From Clostridia bacterium (lineage in GTDB: Bacteria; Bacillota; Clostridia; UMGS1883): a DNA stretch of 64,000 bases. The stretch covers positions 93,951-157,950 of the forward strand of contig JAZTXM010000002.1 in NCBI GenBank assembly GCA_045636425.1, given 5' to 3'. A program made the translations under genes and the position numbers. This document shows positions 10,652-20,517 of this stretch, one piece after another (positions within the stretch are counted from its first letter, which is position 1; every line of letters starts with the position of its first letter). A model generated the notes under the pieces. It had not been told where the DNA came from and ran no database searches. It saw nothing but the letters and a program-made list of their open reading frames with translations.

Positions 10652-11745
10652 TTTGCTAATCTCCCTAACTCTGTCATATATTTGTCAATAACTATATTTC
10701 TGTCAAATTCTTTTTCAACCTTTTTTCGTCCACGAAGTCCCATTTCTTTTCGTTCTTCAAAGGACAACGCAAGGAATTTCTCAATTTTTTCAATCACGTC
10801 CTGTGTATTTTTCTGCTTTACAATATAGCCGTTTACACCGTCATCTACAATTTCACGGCAACCGCTGCGGTCTGTGGTAATTATCGCCCTGCCGCTGGCA
10901 CAGGACTCGAGAAGCACATTGCTCATTCCCTCGGGATAATACGTGGGATGAATTGTACAATGAATTTCCTTATGTATTTCACGTATATCGCGAAGTCTGC
11001 CATGGTAATTTATAATTCCTTTTTCGTGAAGCTGCCTCAGTTTTTCCTGATATGCCTCCTCACAAGAACCGCAAACATGGAAAACTGTATTCGGGTACTT
11101 CTCCTTTATATACTCCGCCGCTTCAAAGTACTGGTCGGCACCCTTTTCTTTCATAATGCGGGAGATGAATGCAAATTCCACTGTATCCTTTTCAGGATAA
11201 GGCATAAGCCCAAACCTCTCAAGATTTACCCCCGAACCGGGAAGAAGCTCATGTTTTCCTCTCGCAATTTTCTTTTTAACAAAGAAATCCATATTCTCTT
11301 TATTCTGAAAGAACACCTTTTTAACCCGTATAAAACCGAGCTTGTACAAAAAGACTGTAAGAAGCTGCATCTTTCCACCGTTTTCAACAGCACTGCCAAG
11401 CCCCGTTATATTCGGTACGCAGGGAATTCCCAAAACGGCACATGCCATAGCTCCGTAAATATTGGGCTTTATAGTATATGTAAAAACCATATCGGGTCTT
11501 TCCCTCAGAAGTATCTTTAAATATTCGAAAAACAGCTTCACATCAGTAAATACGCTTGTTCCGCGCCTTTGAATATTTTTTACAAAGGAAACTTTGCAAC
11601 CTATTTCGGTAAATTCCTCTGTTTCCTCATGCTCGGGGCAATAGATTGCGACATCGTGCCCCTCATCGCGGAATTTCTTCATAACCTCAATTCTGAATGA
11701 GCGAAGTCCCGTTATTGAATTTGTCAGTATAAGTATTTTTGACAT
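10648..11745 (-). CDS. Family 4 glycosyltransferase
   Basis: MSKILILTNSITGLRSFRIEVMKKFRDEGHDV... Start chosen at the internal ATG (M7), which has GAGGGG 5 nt upstream and a 3-nt gap from the DegT stop. The track ORF extends to 11763. Confidence 0.75.
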   Translation of the reverse strand: MSKILILTNSITGLRSFRIEVMKKFRDEGHDVAIYCPEHEETEEFTEIGCKVSFVKNIQRRGTSVFTDVKLFFEYLKILLRERPDMVFTYTIKPNIYGAMACAVLGIPCVPNITGLGSAVENGGKMQLLTVFLYKLGFIRVKKVFFQNKENMDFFVKKKIARGKHELLPGSGVNLERFGLMPYPEKDTVEFAFISRIMKEKGADQYFEAAEYIKEKYPNTVFHVCGSCEEAYQEKLRQLHEKGIINYHGRLRDIREIHKEIHCTIHPTYYPEGMSNVLLESCASGRAIITTDRSGCREIVDDGVNGYIVKQKNTQDVIEKIEKFLALSFEERKEMGLRGRKKVEKEFDRNIVIDKYMTELGRLAK

Positions 11746-11747
11746 AA

Positions 11748-12923
11748 TTACCCCTCGAAGCATTCTTTAATAATTTTAATAACCTTTTCCTGCTGTGTTT
11801 TGGTCATCTTAATATCACTGGGGAGGCACAATCCTCTGCGGAATATATCCTCGCCTACGTTATCCCCGTTTGTGATGAAATCATAGCCTTGATATACCGG
11901 CTGCATATGCATGGGCTTCCATATAGGACGAGCCTCTATATTTTCTTTTTCAAGAGCCAAGCGGATTTTTTCGGGATTTGCTTTTTTCATTGCGTCTTCG
12001 TCAATCAGCATACAGCTGAGCCAGAAATTAGGCACGCTATGTCCCTCGTAGGGATTCATGGAAACTGGGAGTCCCTTAAGACCTTCTTTATACCTGAAAT
12101 AAATGTCCTCTTTCAGCTTTCTGTGTTCTTCCAGATGAAGCATCTGTCCCCTTCCGATACCTGCCACAACATTACTCATACGGTAGTTATATCCGATGTG
12201 TTCATGCTGGTACCATGGAGCTTGTTCCCTTGCCTGAGTTGAGAAAAAGCGAACTCTCTGCACGGCTTCTTCATCGTCAGAAAGAAACATTCCGCCGCCC
12301 GAAGTAGTAATGATTTTGTTTCCGTTGAAGCTTACAGCACCATACTTTCCGAAAGAGCCTGTTTGCTTTCCTTTATATGTAGCGGAAAGCGATTCTGCCG
12401 CATCTTCTATAAGAATCACTCCGTACTCATCGCAAAGTGCCTTGATTTCATCAATTTTGGAGGGAGTGCCGTAAAGATGCACAAGCATTACAGCCTTGAC
12501 TTTTCCCTTATACTTTTCAAGTGCAATTTTAAGTGCGGCAGGATCCATATTCCATGTATCACGCTCACTGTCTACAAAGACCTGTGTCCCGTTTTCATAG
12601 CTGACAGGATTTACAGTTGCGGCAAAGGTTAAATCGGAACATATAACAATATCTCCGTCTTTCACCCCTGCCAGTTTAACTGCAAGGTGCAATGCGTGAG
12701 TTCCTGCCGTCATCGCCGCTGCTGCCTTTACTCCTACAAAGGAAGCCATCTCATTTTCAAATTCTGTTACATTTTTACCTAAGGGGGCTACCCAATTTGT
12801 ATCAAATGCCTCTTTCACAAAAATCTGTTCTTCTCCATGCATGGTTGGTGAAGAAAGCCATATTTTTTCGCCGCTACTCATTCCTCGCACCCTCTTTTCT
12901 GACAGTTTTTGAGCATAATGCAC
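11748..12923 (-). CDS. DegT/DnrJ/EryC1/StrS family PLP-dependent sugar aminotransferase
   Basis: 391 aa with the canonical motifs (SFNGNKIITTSGGGMFLSDDEEA...YNYRMSNVVAGIGRGQM). Confidence 0.85.
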   Translation of the reverse strand: MHYAQKLSEKRVRGMSSGEKIWLSSPTMHGEEQIFVKEAFDTNWVAPLGKNVTEFENEMASFVGVKAAAAMTAGTHALHLAVKLAGVKDGDIVICSDLTFAATVNPVSYENGTQVFVDSERDTWNMDPAALKIALEKYKGKVKAVMLVHLYGTPSKIDEIKALCDEYGVILIEDAAESLSATYKGKQTGSFGKYGAVSFNGNKIITTSGGGMFLSDDEEAVQRVRFFSTQAREQAPWYQHEHIGYNYRMSNVVAGIGRGQMLHLEEHRKLKEDIYFRYKEGLKGLPVSMNPYEGHSVPNFWLSCMLIDEDAMKKANPEKIRLALEKENIEARPIWKPMHMQPVYQGYDFITNGDNVGEDIFRRGLCLPSDIKMTKTQQEKVIKIIKECFEG

Positions 12924-13122
12924 ACAATTCTAACATTATAATTATAGTACACTTGTTCAAAATAGTCAATGATTTTCTCATCCAAAGTGTTTTTTCATTG
13001 CAAGAAGAACAAATCCCCTGCCTTTTCTCAAAGAAAAAATCTATCTTTCCATAAAACATTTGACATAACAAAGAAAAAAGTATATGATATATTTGTGATA
13101 TTATGTATAGGAAGTATTTTTA

Positions 13123-14096
13123 TGAGAATCGAGATTGGAAGCGAATTTTGGGATATACCCACATCCGAAAAAAATCAATTATTCCCGAAAGATACAAATT
13201 GGTTTATTTCAGGTCGCAGTGCTCTTAAAGCAATAATAAAGGACAATAATTTCAAAACAGCCGCATTACCCGACTGGTGCTGTGAAAGTATGGTAACTCC
13301 CTTCATTAACGCAGGTATTGAGGTTTCATTTTATCCCGCTTTAGAAAGAAAAATCCGTACAAATGCAGATGCCTTGCTCATTCTTGACTATTTCGGTTAT
13401 ATTCAGGATATAAAACTGTGTGATTTTGATGGAGTTGTTATACGCGATGTCACACATTCTCTTTTTTCTGCCAACTATACTGATGCCGATTATTGTTTCG
13501 GAAGTCTTAGGAAATGGGCAGGATTCTCTACCGCGGGATTTGCGTGGGGATTTAAATCTCCTGTTTCCTATGAAGACCCTCTGCACGATTATGTTGATTT
13601 AAAAAGAACTGCTATGGCAGAGAAAAAGGCCTACATCAATGAGAAATCAGACGTCAAAAACTACCTTGACAAATTCAGCTCCGCTGAGAATATGCTTGAG
13701 CATATAGGTGTTTTGCCTGCCGATCCTGATGATGTGGTTTCAGCATCAAAACTTGATGTAGATTTCATAAGGAACCGTAGGAGAAAAAACGCACTGATAC
13801 TGCTTGATGCATTTCGTGATATTGCAATTTTTCCTGAACTTAAAAACACCCAATGCCCGTTAGCTGTTCCCATAAGAGTCAAAGACCGCGACGGGTTACG
13901 ATTTCATTTGATACAAAAAGAAATATACTGCCCTATTCATTGGCCGAAAGCTGCCTGTCATACCGATGTTTCCCCGGTTACAGAGGAAATTTACGACAGT
14001 GAACTGAGCCTTATATGCGACCAACGCTACGATGAAAATGATATGCGCCGCATTGTTTCTGCGGTTAAAGAATTTTTGAATAAGGAGAATTCATAA
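13123..14096 (+). CDS. Short divergent DegT-like PLP-dependent enzyme (paralog of 139-1092)
   Basis: Start at MRIEIGSEFW. ISGRSALKAII, VVIRDVTHSLF and the C-terminus ...CDQRYDENDMRRIV parallel the protein at 139-1092. Preceded by a TTGACA-17-TATGAT promoter. Confidence 0.45.
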
Positions 14097-15131
14097 ATGT
14101 TAACTGTATACACCACACAGCAAAGAGAACAATGGGACAATATAGTGCGTACCTTCAGAAGCCACGATGCTTACTGGCTCTGCGGATATGTAAAGGCATT
14201 TGAAATTCATGGTGACGGAACCGCCCTTCTTTTTCATTATGAAGATGATTCCGTAAAGGGCATAAATGTTGTAATGAAACGCGATATTTCTGATGATTCC
14301 AGATTTAGCTCTGTTATAGAAAAAGGCAAATATTTTGACCTTGCAACACCCTACGGATATGGCGGCTGGCTGATTGAAGGAGATAGTACAGACAGGCTTT
14401 TTTCCGAGTACGAAAAATGGTGTGCTGAAAACAACATTATTTCCGAATTCGTGCGATTTCATCCGGTTCTTGAAAACCATCTCCTTGCAACGGCATATGA
14501 TGTAATTGGGCTGGGATATACGGTTGCACTCGACTTATCCTCACCCGAAACCATATGGGCAAATATTACGAGCAAAAACCGTAACGTAATACGCAAGGCA
14601 CAAAAAAATTCCATTAAAATTTATAATGGTCGTTACCCTGGAATTTACGAGATTTTCCGTGAAATCTATAACTCTACAATGGACAAGGACAATGCAGATT
14701 CTTACTATTACTTTTCTCCCGAATTCTACGAAAGTGTCTGCAATGACCTTCCTCATAATGCTCAGGTTTTTTATGCTGAAATGGAAGGTAAAGTTATAGC
14801 CGCATCAATTATGCTCACAACAAACGGCAGAATGAATTATCATCTTTCCGGTTCCGTAAGAGAATATGCCAATCTCGCACCTTCAAATCTGTTGTTGTAC
14901 GAAGCTGCACTGTGGGGGTGTGCCAACGGTTACAAAACACTATACCTCGGTGGTGGCGTCGGAAGCGGCGAGGACAGTCTTTTTAAATTTAAGAAATCCT
15001 TCTATCGCAGTGATGATTTACCAAGATTTTATATAGGCAAAAAAATCTTCAATCACGAGTTATATGATTATCTTACCGGATTGAGAAAAGATTTGCCGGA
15101 TAGTGGATTTTTTCCTCGTTACAGAGCTTAA
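14097..15131 (+). CDS. FemAB-like / GNAT-fold (Acetyltransf_6-type) aminoacyl transferase
   Basis: 344 aa. VIRKAQKNSIKIY...VFYAEMEGKVIAASIML...NLLLYEAALWGCANGYKTLYLGGG resembles the FemX/BioF2-like family. Confidence 0.55.
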   Translation: MLTVYTTQQREQWDNIVRTFRSHDAYWLCGYVKAFEIHGDGTALLFHYEDDSVKGINVVMKRDISDDSRFSSVIEKGKYFDLATPYGYGGWLIEGDSTDRLFSEYEKWCAENNIISEFVRFHPVLENHLLATAYDVIGLGYTVALDLSSPETIWANITSKNRNVIRKAQKNSIKIYNGRYPGIYEIFREIYNSTMDKDNADSYYYFSPEFYESVCNDLPHNAQVFYAEMEGKVIAASIMLTTNGRMNYHLSGSVREYANLAPSNLLLYEAALWGCANGYKTLYLGGGVGSGEDSLFKFKKSFYRSDDLPRFYIGKKIFNHELYDYLTGLRKDLPDSGFFPRYRA

Positions 15132-15157
15132 CACATCAGTAAAAGGAGAGTTAGATA

Positions 15158-15808
15158 ATGTACGCTAAATTTTTTAAAAGATTTCTGGATGTTTTTCTTT
15201 CCGCTTTGGCACTACTGTTATTTTGGTGGGTGCTTGCAATTATTTCCATTATAGTAAAGATTAATATGGGCAGTCCTATACTCTACAAATCCGAACGCAT
15301 GGGCAAGGACGAGAAGCCTATAAAACTATATAAATTCCGTTCTATGACTAACGAAACAGACGAAAACGGAATACTTCTTCCGGCACCACAAAGGCTGACA
15401 AAATTCGGACGTCTTCTCCGCAGTACAAGTCTTGACGAATTACCATCTCTGCTTAACATACTAAAGGGTGATCTCAGCATTGTAGGACCAAGGCCCTTAC
15501 TTATGAAGTATAAACCCTTTTATTATGAGCACGAGAGAGTTCGCCATAATATCCGTCCGGGACTGACCGGCTGGGCACAAGTAAATGGAAGAAATCTCGT
15601 TTCCTGGGATGATAAATTCAAAATGGATATTGATTATGTCAACAAAATGTCTCTATGGCTTGACATAAAGATACTTTTTTTAACGGTGTATAAGGTATTC
15701 AAACGTTCAGACATAGTTCACGATGACCAAACCACCCAGAGTTTATACATAGTACGTTCATTTATGAACATCGAAGAAAATATTGAAGTTGAGGAGTATA
15801 GAAAATGA
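15158..15808 (+). CDS. Priming sugar-phosphate transferase (PglC/WbaP C-terminal-domain type, bacterial sugar transferase family)
   Basis: 216 aa with a single N-terminal TM. Conserved KLYKFRSM...RLTKFGRLLRSTSLDELPSLLNILKGDLSIVGPRP. Confidence 0.85.
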   Translation: MYAKFFKRFLDVFLSALALLLFWWVLAIISIIVKINMGSPILYKSERMGKDEKPIKLYKFRSMTNETDENGILLPAPQRLTKFGRLLRSTSLDELPSLLNILKGDLSIVGPRPLLMKYKPFYYEHERVRHNIRPGLTGWAQVNGRNLVSWDDKFKMDIDYVNKMSLWLDIKILFLTVYKVFKRSDIVHDDQTTQSLYIVRSFMNIEENIEVEEYRK

Positions 15809-17073
15809 AAACATTGAAAGGAAAGCGTCTTTTGGTTATAAGTAGCGACGGCAGCGATATCGAATTTGTAAAAGCAGCAAAAGAATTGGATATGGAAGTA
15901 GTTTGTTGCGACCGTTATGAGGATTGGAACATTAGCCCTGCCAAGCTTATCAGCGATGAGGCCTGGAATATGGATTATTCCGATACAGAGGCTGTTGCAA
16001 AAAAATGTAAAGAAGAAAAAATAGACGGTGTTATAGCCGGTTACGGCGAGGACCGCGTTCTGGCTGCTTGCAGAGTTTCCAAAGCTATCGGCACACCTTT
16101 CTATGCAACAGAAGAACAGATAAACATTACACGCGATAAAAGACTTTTCAAAAAAATATGTAATGAGTGCGGCGTAAACACTCCCCGCGAATACTGTTTC
16201 GGACTTCCAATGAAAAGAGAAGACCTTGACAAAGTAAAGTATCCGGTAATTGTAAAGCCATCTGACAACGGCGGACGAAAGGGTATTTCTGTGTGCTTAA
16301 ACGAAGCACAACTTATGGATGCCATCAACGATGCCGCGGATTATTCAAAAACCGGCGAGGTTGTTGTAGAAGAATACCTTACAGGAGTTGAGCTTTCTGC
16401 TATTTATACTATTTCCAATGGTGAGGCGAGCTTTTCCTGTTTGAATGACAAGTACATATCCCAGGAAAACGAAAATTCCAGCTTGTGCGATTTTGTTATT
16501 ACTCCGTCAAGATTTTATGACGAATATATCCATACAGTAGATGCCGGAATAAAAAAGTTGCTGAAGCATATCGGAGCAAAGAACGGTGTTGCTAATTTCC
16601 AGTTAATTGCGGGTCCCGACGGAATAAAAGCTTTTGAAATGGGTTACCGTGTGAACGGAAACAATGACTTTAAAGTTATACGCAAATATAACGATATAGA
16701 CTTTATGAAGATGCTTATATCCTATGTTACTACCGGTGACATGGGCGATTCTCTTTCTAAAGACAATCCGCTTTTCAAGGAGTACTACTGCACTCTCACG
16801 CTCCTTCTCAAGGCCGGAAAAATTGCAAAAACAGATTACAGCAAGCTTGAAGAACTTGACAACATCGACGATATTTCCGTTTGGAAAAAGCCCGGAGATA
16901 TAATTTATAACACCGGCACAAATGCACAGAAAGCAGGTATGATTAAGTTTTCTGCAAAAAACATGGATGAGGTTAAACGCACAGTACAATTTATCCACGA
17001 AAATCTGATTGTGGAAGACGAAAACGGAAACAGCATGAAAATGAAACTGTTTGATACAAAAAGACTTGATTGA
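15805..17073 (+). CDS. ATP-grasp domain carboxylate-amine ligase
   Basis: 422 aa. LLVISSDGSDIEFVKAAKELDMEVVCCD...YPVIVKPSDNGGRKGISVC...VVEEYLTG. Overlaps the upstream gene by 4 nt. Confidence 0.7.
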   Translation: MKTLKGKRLLVISSDGSDIEFVKAAKELDMEVVCCDRYEDWNISPAKLISDEAWNMDYSDTEAVAKKCKEEKIDGVIAGYGEDRVLAACRVSKAIGTPFYATEEQINITRDKRLFKKICNECGVNTPREYCFGLPMKREDLDKVKYPVIVKPSDNGGRKGISVCLNEAQLMDAINDAADYSKTGEVVVEEYLTGVELSAIYTISNGEASFSCLNDKYISQENENSSLCDFVITPSRFYDEYIHTVDAGIKKLLKHIGAKNGVANFQLIAGPDGIKAFEMGYRVNGNNDFKVIRKYNDIDFMKMLISYVTTGDMGDSLSKDNPLFKEYYCTLTLLLKAGKIAKTDYSKLEELDNIDDISVWKKPGDIIYNTGTNAQKAGMIKFSAKNMDEVKRTVQFIHENLIVEDENGNSMKMKLFDTKRLD

Positions 17074-17079
17074 ACTCAA

Positions 17080-17112
17080 AAGGGAGTGTGAAAATTCTTC
17101 ACACTCCCTTCC
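17080..17112. terminator. Bidirectional intrinsic terminator between convergent genes
   Basis: GGGAGTGTGAA-AATTCT-TCACACTCCC palindrome flanked by A/T runs. Confidence 0.7.
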
Positions 17113-17138
17113 TTAATTTTGAACTTCAAACTTTAAAA

Positions 17139-18032
17139 TTACATTTTCTTTAATTTTTCTATCGCATACTTTGCATACTCCGACACAAACTGACCGCGCC
17201 TTAGCACCACGGCACTCTGACGAGTATACGGTGTATTTTTTATCTCAAAAAGCTTTACTTTTGAATAATCTCCTTTTGCCAGTACAAATTGCTTTGGAAT
17301 AATGGTGGCGGCAACACCGCTTTTCACCATTTCCCATGCTGTAGCCACTCCAGTGACGGTAGCGTATATATCAGGCTCAAAATTTACCTCGGCACAAAGC
17401 ACATCAAAAAGCTTACGCATCTCCTGTTCCTTTCCTACCGTGACAAAGGGAAGGTTTTTTCCGTATGAAAGGTCATCAATTTCATCTTTTTCCCAATTTT
17501 CCATAGAAGTTTTCATTTTTTCGGGAACGGCAAGCACAAGCGTGTCAGGCATTAAAGGTATAGCCTCAAATTCAGGTTCATTCACGGGAAGGTTCATAAT
17601 CGCAAAGTCGTACTCTCCCTTTAAAAGTCCTTCCCTTAATACGGATAATCCGTATTCCTGTAATTCAACCTGTAGGTTGGGAAATTTTTCTTTGATATTT
17701 TTTATAAGTCCCGGCATCATATACGAGCTACGAAAAGGAACTGCCCCTATTACAAGCTTTCCCCTTTCCCCGCTTTTGTACTTTTCCAAAGTCTTTAACA
17801 AAACATCCTCCTCAAAAAGAAGTTTCCGTGACTTTTCTATGAAAAACTCACCTGCCGCCGTAAGAGCAAGCGGGTTTGTTCCCCTGTCAAAAAGCTTTAC
17901 TCCTATCTCATTTTCCAGTGCGATTATCTGCTTACTGAGTGCCGGTTGGGATATATTAAGTTTTTCTGCCGCTGTTGAAAAACTCTTTGTTTCCGAAAGA
18001 ACAACAGCATATTGTAACTGCCGCGAATTCAT
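17139..18032 (-). CDS. LysR-family transcriptional regulator
   Basis: N-terminal helix-turn-helix (LQYAVVLSETKSFSTAAEKLNISQPALSKQIIALENEIGVKLFDRG) plus a substrate-binding domain. Confidence 0.85.
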   Translation of the reverse strand: MNSRQLQYAVVLSETKSFSTAAEKLNISQPALSKQIIALENEIGVKLFDRGTNPLALTAAGEFFIEKSRKLLFEEDVLLKTLEKYKSGERGKLVIGAVPFRSSYMMPGLIKNIKEKFPNLQVELQEYGLSVLREGLLKGEYDFAIMNLPVNEPEFEAIPLMPDTLVLAVPEKMKTSMENWEKDEIDDLSYGKNLPFVTVGKEQEMRKLFDVLCAEVNFEPDIYATVTGVATAWEMVKSGVAATIIPKQFVLAKGDYSKVKLFEIKNTPYTRQSAVVLRRGQFVSEYAKYAIEKLKKM

Positions 18033-18058
18033 TTATGCCACCACACTTCTCAAATATA

Positions 18059-19498
18059 TCAGAACTGAAAATATATAAACGGATTGCTGTTTGTATACGC
18101 AAAAATCAAAATGATTCCCATAAACACAAAAAGAAGAACTAAAGAGCCGAATTTTTCAAGGTTAAATATTGGGTAAAACCCCGTAACAACCCGCTCCTCA
18201 TGTTTCTTTGCCTTTATAGCTGCAACAAGTGTACCCAGCAGCACCACAGCGATTGCTATAACAACCCAGAAATAGATGTGCACAATTCCGTTATGCCACA
18301 CAAACATTCTCTTTATAATTTCAAATGTTGTTGAAATATCTGTAGACCTAAAAGGAACCCAACATACACAAACAAAGATGTACGTAGCTAAAATGCTTAT
18401 AAGGCCACCTATACGAGAATATTTGCTGTTTTCGCGCATCGCCTTGAACAATTTATGAATACAAAGTGCGGTGCCATGTAACGCACCCCAAAGCACAAAG
18501 TTCCAGCTTGCACCATGCCACAATCCACCTATAACCATAGTTGCCAGCAGATTTATGTACGTTCTTGCTTTGCCTTTGCGGTTTCCTCCAAGTGGTATAT
18601 AAAGATATTCCTGAAGCCACGTTGAAAGGCTGATGTGCCATCTTTTCCAAAATTCGCTGACATTTTTTGAAATATACGGGATATTGAAATTTCTGTTAAA
18701 GTCATATCCGAGACATTTGGCACTGCCTATCGCCATATCTGAATACCCCGAAAAATCAAAGTATATCTGTATGGAATATGCAACAACAGCAAGGATAACA
18801 GTTATCGAATGAAATGCCACAGGCTTTTCAAAAACCTGATCAACAAACACAGAAAGCTGATCAGCAATTACAATTTTTTTGAACAGCCCCATAAGAAAAA
18901 TTTGCAATCCTACTTCTAAATTCTTTAGATTGATATTTCTATCTTCTTTAAGTTGGGGGATAAATTCTTGTGCTTTTACGATAGGTCCTGCTACAAGCTG
19001 GGGGAAAAACGCAATGTAAAGTGCTACCTCAATAAACCCCGCCCGCGGAATATGTTTTCGAATAACATCAATGGTATAGCTCATTGACTGAAATGTATAA
19101 AATGATATTCCTACAGGAAGAATTATATTCAATGTTGTATAACCCTCTATACCAAAAAGGTCACAAAAAGAATCAACAAAGAAATTAAAATACTTGAATA
19201 TTCCTAAGATTACCAAGGGAACGACTATTCCAATAAACTTAAAAAGCTTCACACATTTCTTTTCGTCTATCCTCTTTGCCGATATATATGCAACAACGGT
19301 TAGTGCAAACATTAAGAAACAGAAGCGCCAGTCCCACCATCCATAAAACACATAACTTGCTGCAAGCAAAAACAGATGCCTGAATTTTCTTAAAATATGG
19401 TCTTCAAATTTTCGCCTCAAAAATCCAAGTTTGGTAATCGCCATAACACATGCCACTATACAAAAAAACACTATAAACGTAATACTTGAAAATACCAT
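18059..19498 (-). CDS. MBOAT-family membrane-bound O-acyltransferase (DltB/AlgI-like)
   Basis: 479 aa, polytopic. Conserved ...FWKRWHISLSTWLQEYLYIPLGGNRKG...WHG. Confidence 0.85.
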   Translation of the reverse strand: MVFSSITFIVFFCIVACVMAITKLGFLRRKFEDHILRKFRHLFLLAASYVFYGWWDWRFCFLMFALTVVAYISAKRIDEKKCVKLFKFIGIVVPLVILGIFKYFNFFVDSFCDLFGIEGYTTLNIILPVGISFYTFQSMSYTIDVIRKHIPRAGFIEVALYIAFFPQLVAGPIVKAQEFIPQLKEDRNINLKNLEVGLQIFLMGLFKKIVIADQLSVFVDQVFEKPVAFHSITVILAVVAYSIQIYFDFSGYSDMAIGSAKCLGYDFNRNFNIPYISKNVSEFWKRWHISLSTWLQEYLYIPLGGNRKGKARTYINLLATMVIGGLWHGASWNFVLWGALHGTALCIHKLFKAMRENSKYSRIGGLISILATYIFVCVCWVPFRSTDISTTFEIIKRMFVWHNGIVHIYFWVVIAIAVVLLGTLVAAIKAKKHEERVVTGFYPIFNLEKFGSLVLLFVFMGIILIFAYTNSNPFIYFQF

Positions 19499-19524
19499 TT
19501 AAAATTCCAACTTTCTGTTTGTTT

Positions 19525-20517
19525 TTATTTGCACAATGCGTCAAACAGCGTATCCGCTATAAGACTGTGTCCCGTCTCATTCAAGTGACCTCTGCCTATT
19601 CGTGAATTCGAAAAACCATGGGGTAAATTAGTTGTTCTGTCATAATTTTCTTTAAAAGGTTCATACATATCGACAAAAGTCACGCCATATTTATCACATA
19701 CAGACTTAAAGTTCTCAATGTCCCTGATGTTATCCTGCGGCAATACCTCTCCGTCTTCATCAATATTTAAAGAAGTCTGATAAAGAATAACCAGTTTTAT
19801 TCCCCTCTCGTCACATTCACGGTCAACGCTACCGAGCAGCTCGTCAAAAAGAACATAACATTCCTCCGTTGGCTGTGCCTTTTCAGTTTCCTGACTGTCA
19901 CCATTATTCATCAAATTTTCAATTTGACTATATGCACGTCTGAGGAAAGGAAATCTCTGTAGCTTTCCCACTATTCCTCCGTTATATGAAGGAATAGGTT
20001 TTAAAGTTCCCGCCAGTGCCTTCTCCATAAGTTCTACATCCGGAAAAACAGAAGAAGTTTCAATTACAAGATATTTCTGGGGAGCAAATTCATTGATTGC
20101 ACTTTCCGCATTATTCAGGCATCTTACAAGTACATGTCCCGAAGTTCCTATGTTATAAACATTCATATCAATTTCGGCACTGCGGATTTTCTCATTAAGA
20201 ATCGCAACCGTATTTTTATCCTGCCTTACATTAAAAGCTTCCATATGGGAAGACCCCATCACAAGAACATCAATGTCCCCCTTGTTAAAGGTCTGAAGAT
20301 TGTTGAATCCATTGGCATCTGTAATGCCATAGGCAAAGCCTTCTGTGCCTCTGGAGTAAAATTTATTTTTCTCCCATACATAATCAGTCGAGCCTGTTTC
20401 AGAATGGCTATGAATTGCAAAGTTACAATACACCATACATATCAAATTTAGTATCACAAAAGCTGTCACCATCGCCAAAATTACTTTTATTGGAAATAAT
20501 AGGATTCGTTTCTTCAT
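19525..20517 (-). CDS. DltD/AlgJ-like SGNH-type partner protein of the MBOAT (membrane-anchored)
   Basis: Start at MKKRILLF, with AAAGGTGG upstream. N-terminal TM. SGNH-like blocks VLVMGSSHMEA, NIGTSGH and GHLNETGH. Confidence 0.55.
   Translation of the reverse strand: MKKRILLFPIKVILAMVTAFVILNLICMVYCNFAIHSHSETGSTDYVWEKNKFYSRGTEGFAYGITDANGFNNLQTFNKGDIDVLVMGSSHMEAFNVRQDKNTVAILNEKIRSAEIDMNVYNIGTSGHVLVRCLNNAESAINEFAPQKYLVIETSSVFPDVELMEKALAGTLKPIPSYNGGIVGKLQRFPFLRRAYSQIENLMNNGDSQETEKAQPTEECYVLFDELLGSVDRECDERGIKLVILYQTSLNIDEDGEVLPQDNIRDIENFKSVCDKYGVTFVDMYEPFKENYDRTTNLPHGFSNSRIGRGHLNETGHSLIADTLFDALCK

Noticed and set aside
12874-13071. 65-aa minus-strand ORF in the divergent promoter region
   Set aside because: It overlaps the promoter of the plus-strand module, has no RBS, and has low-complexity composition.
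17302-18078. 258-aa plus-strand ORF
   Set aside because: Lies entirely antisense to the well-supported LysR regulator gene, with serine/proline-rich low-complexity translation. It is a shadow ORF.
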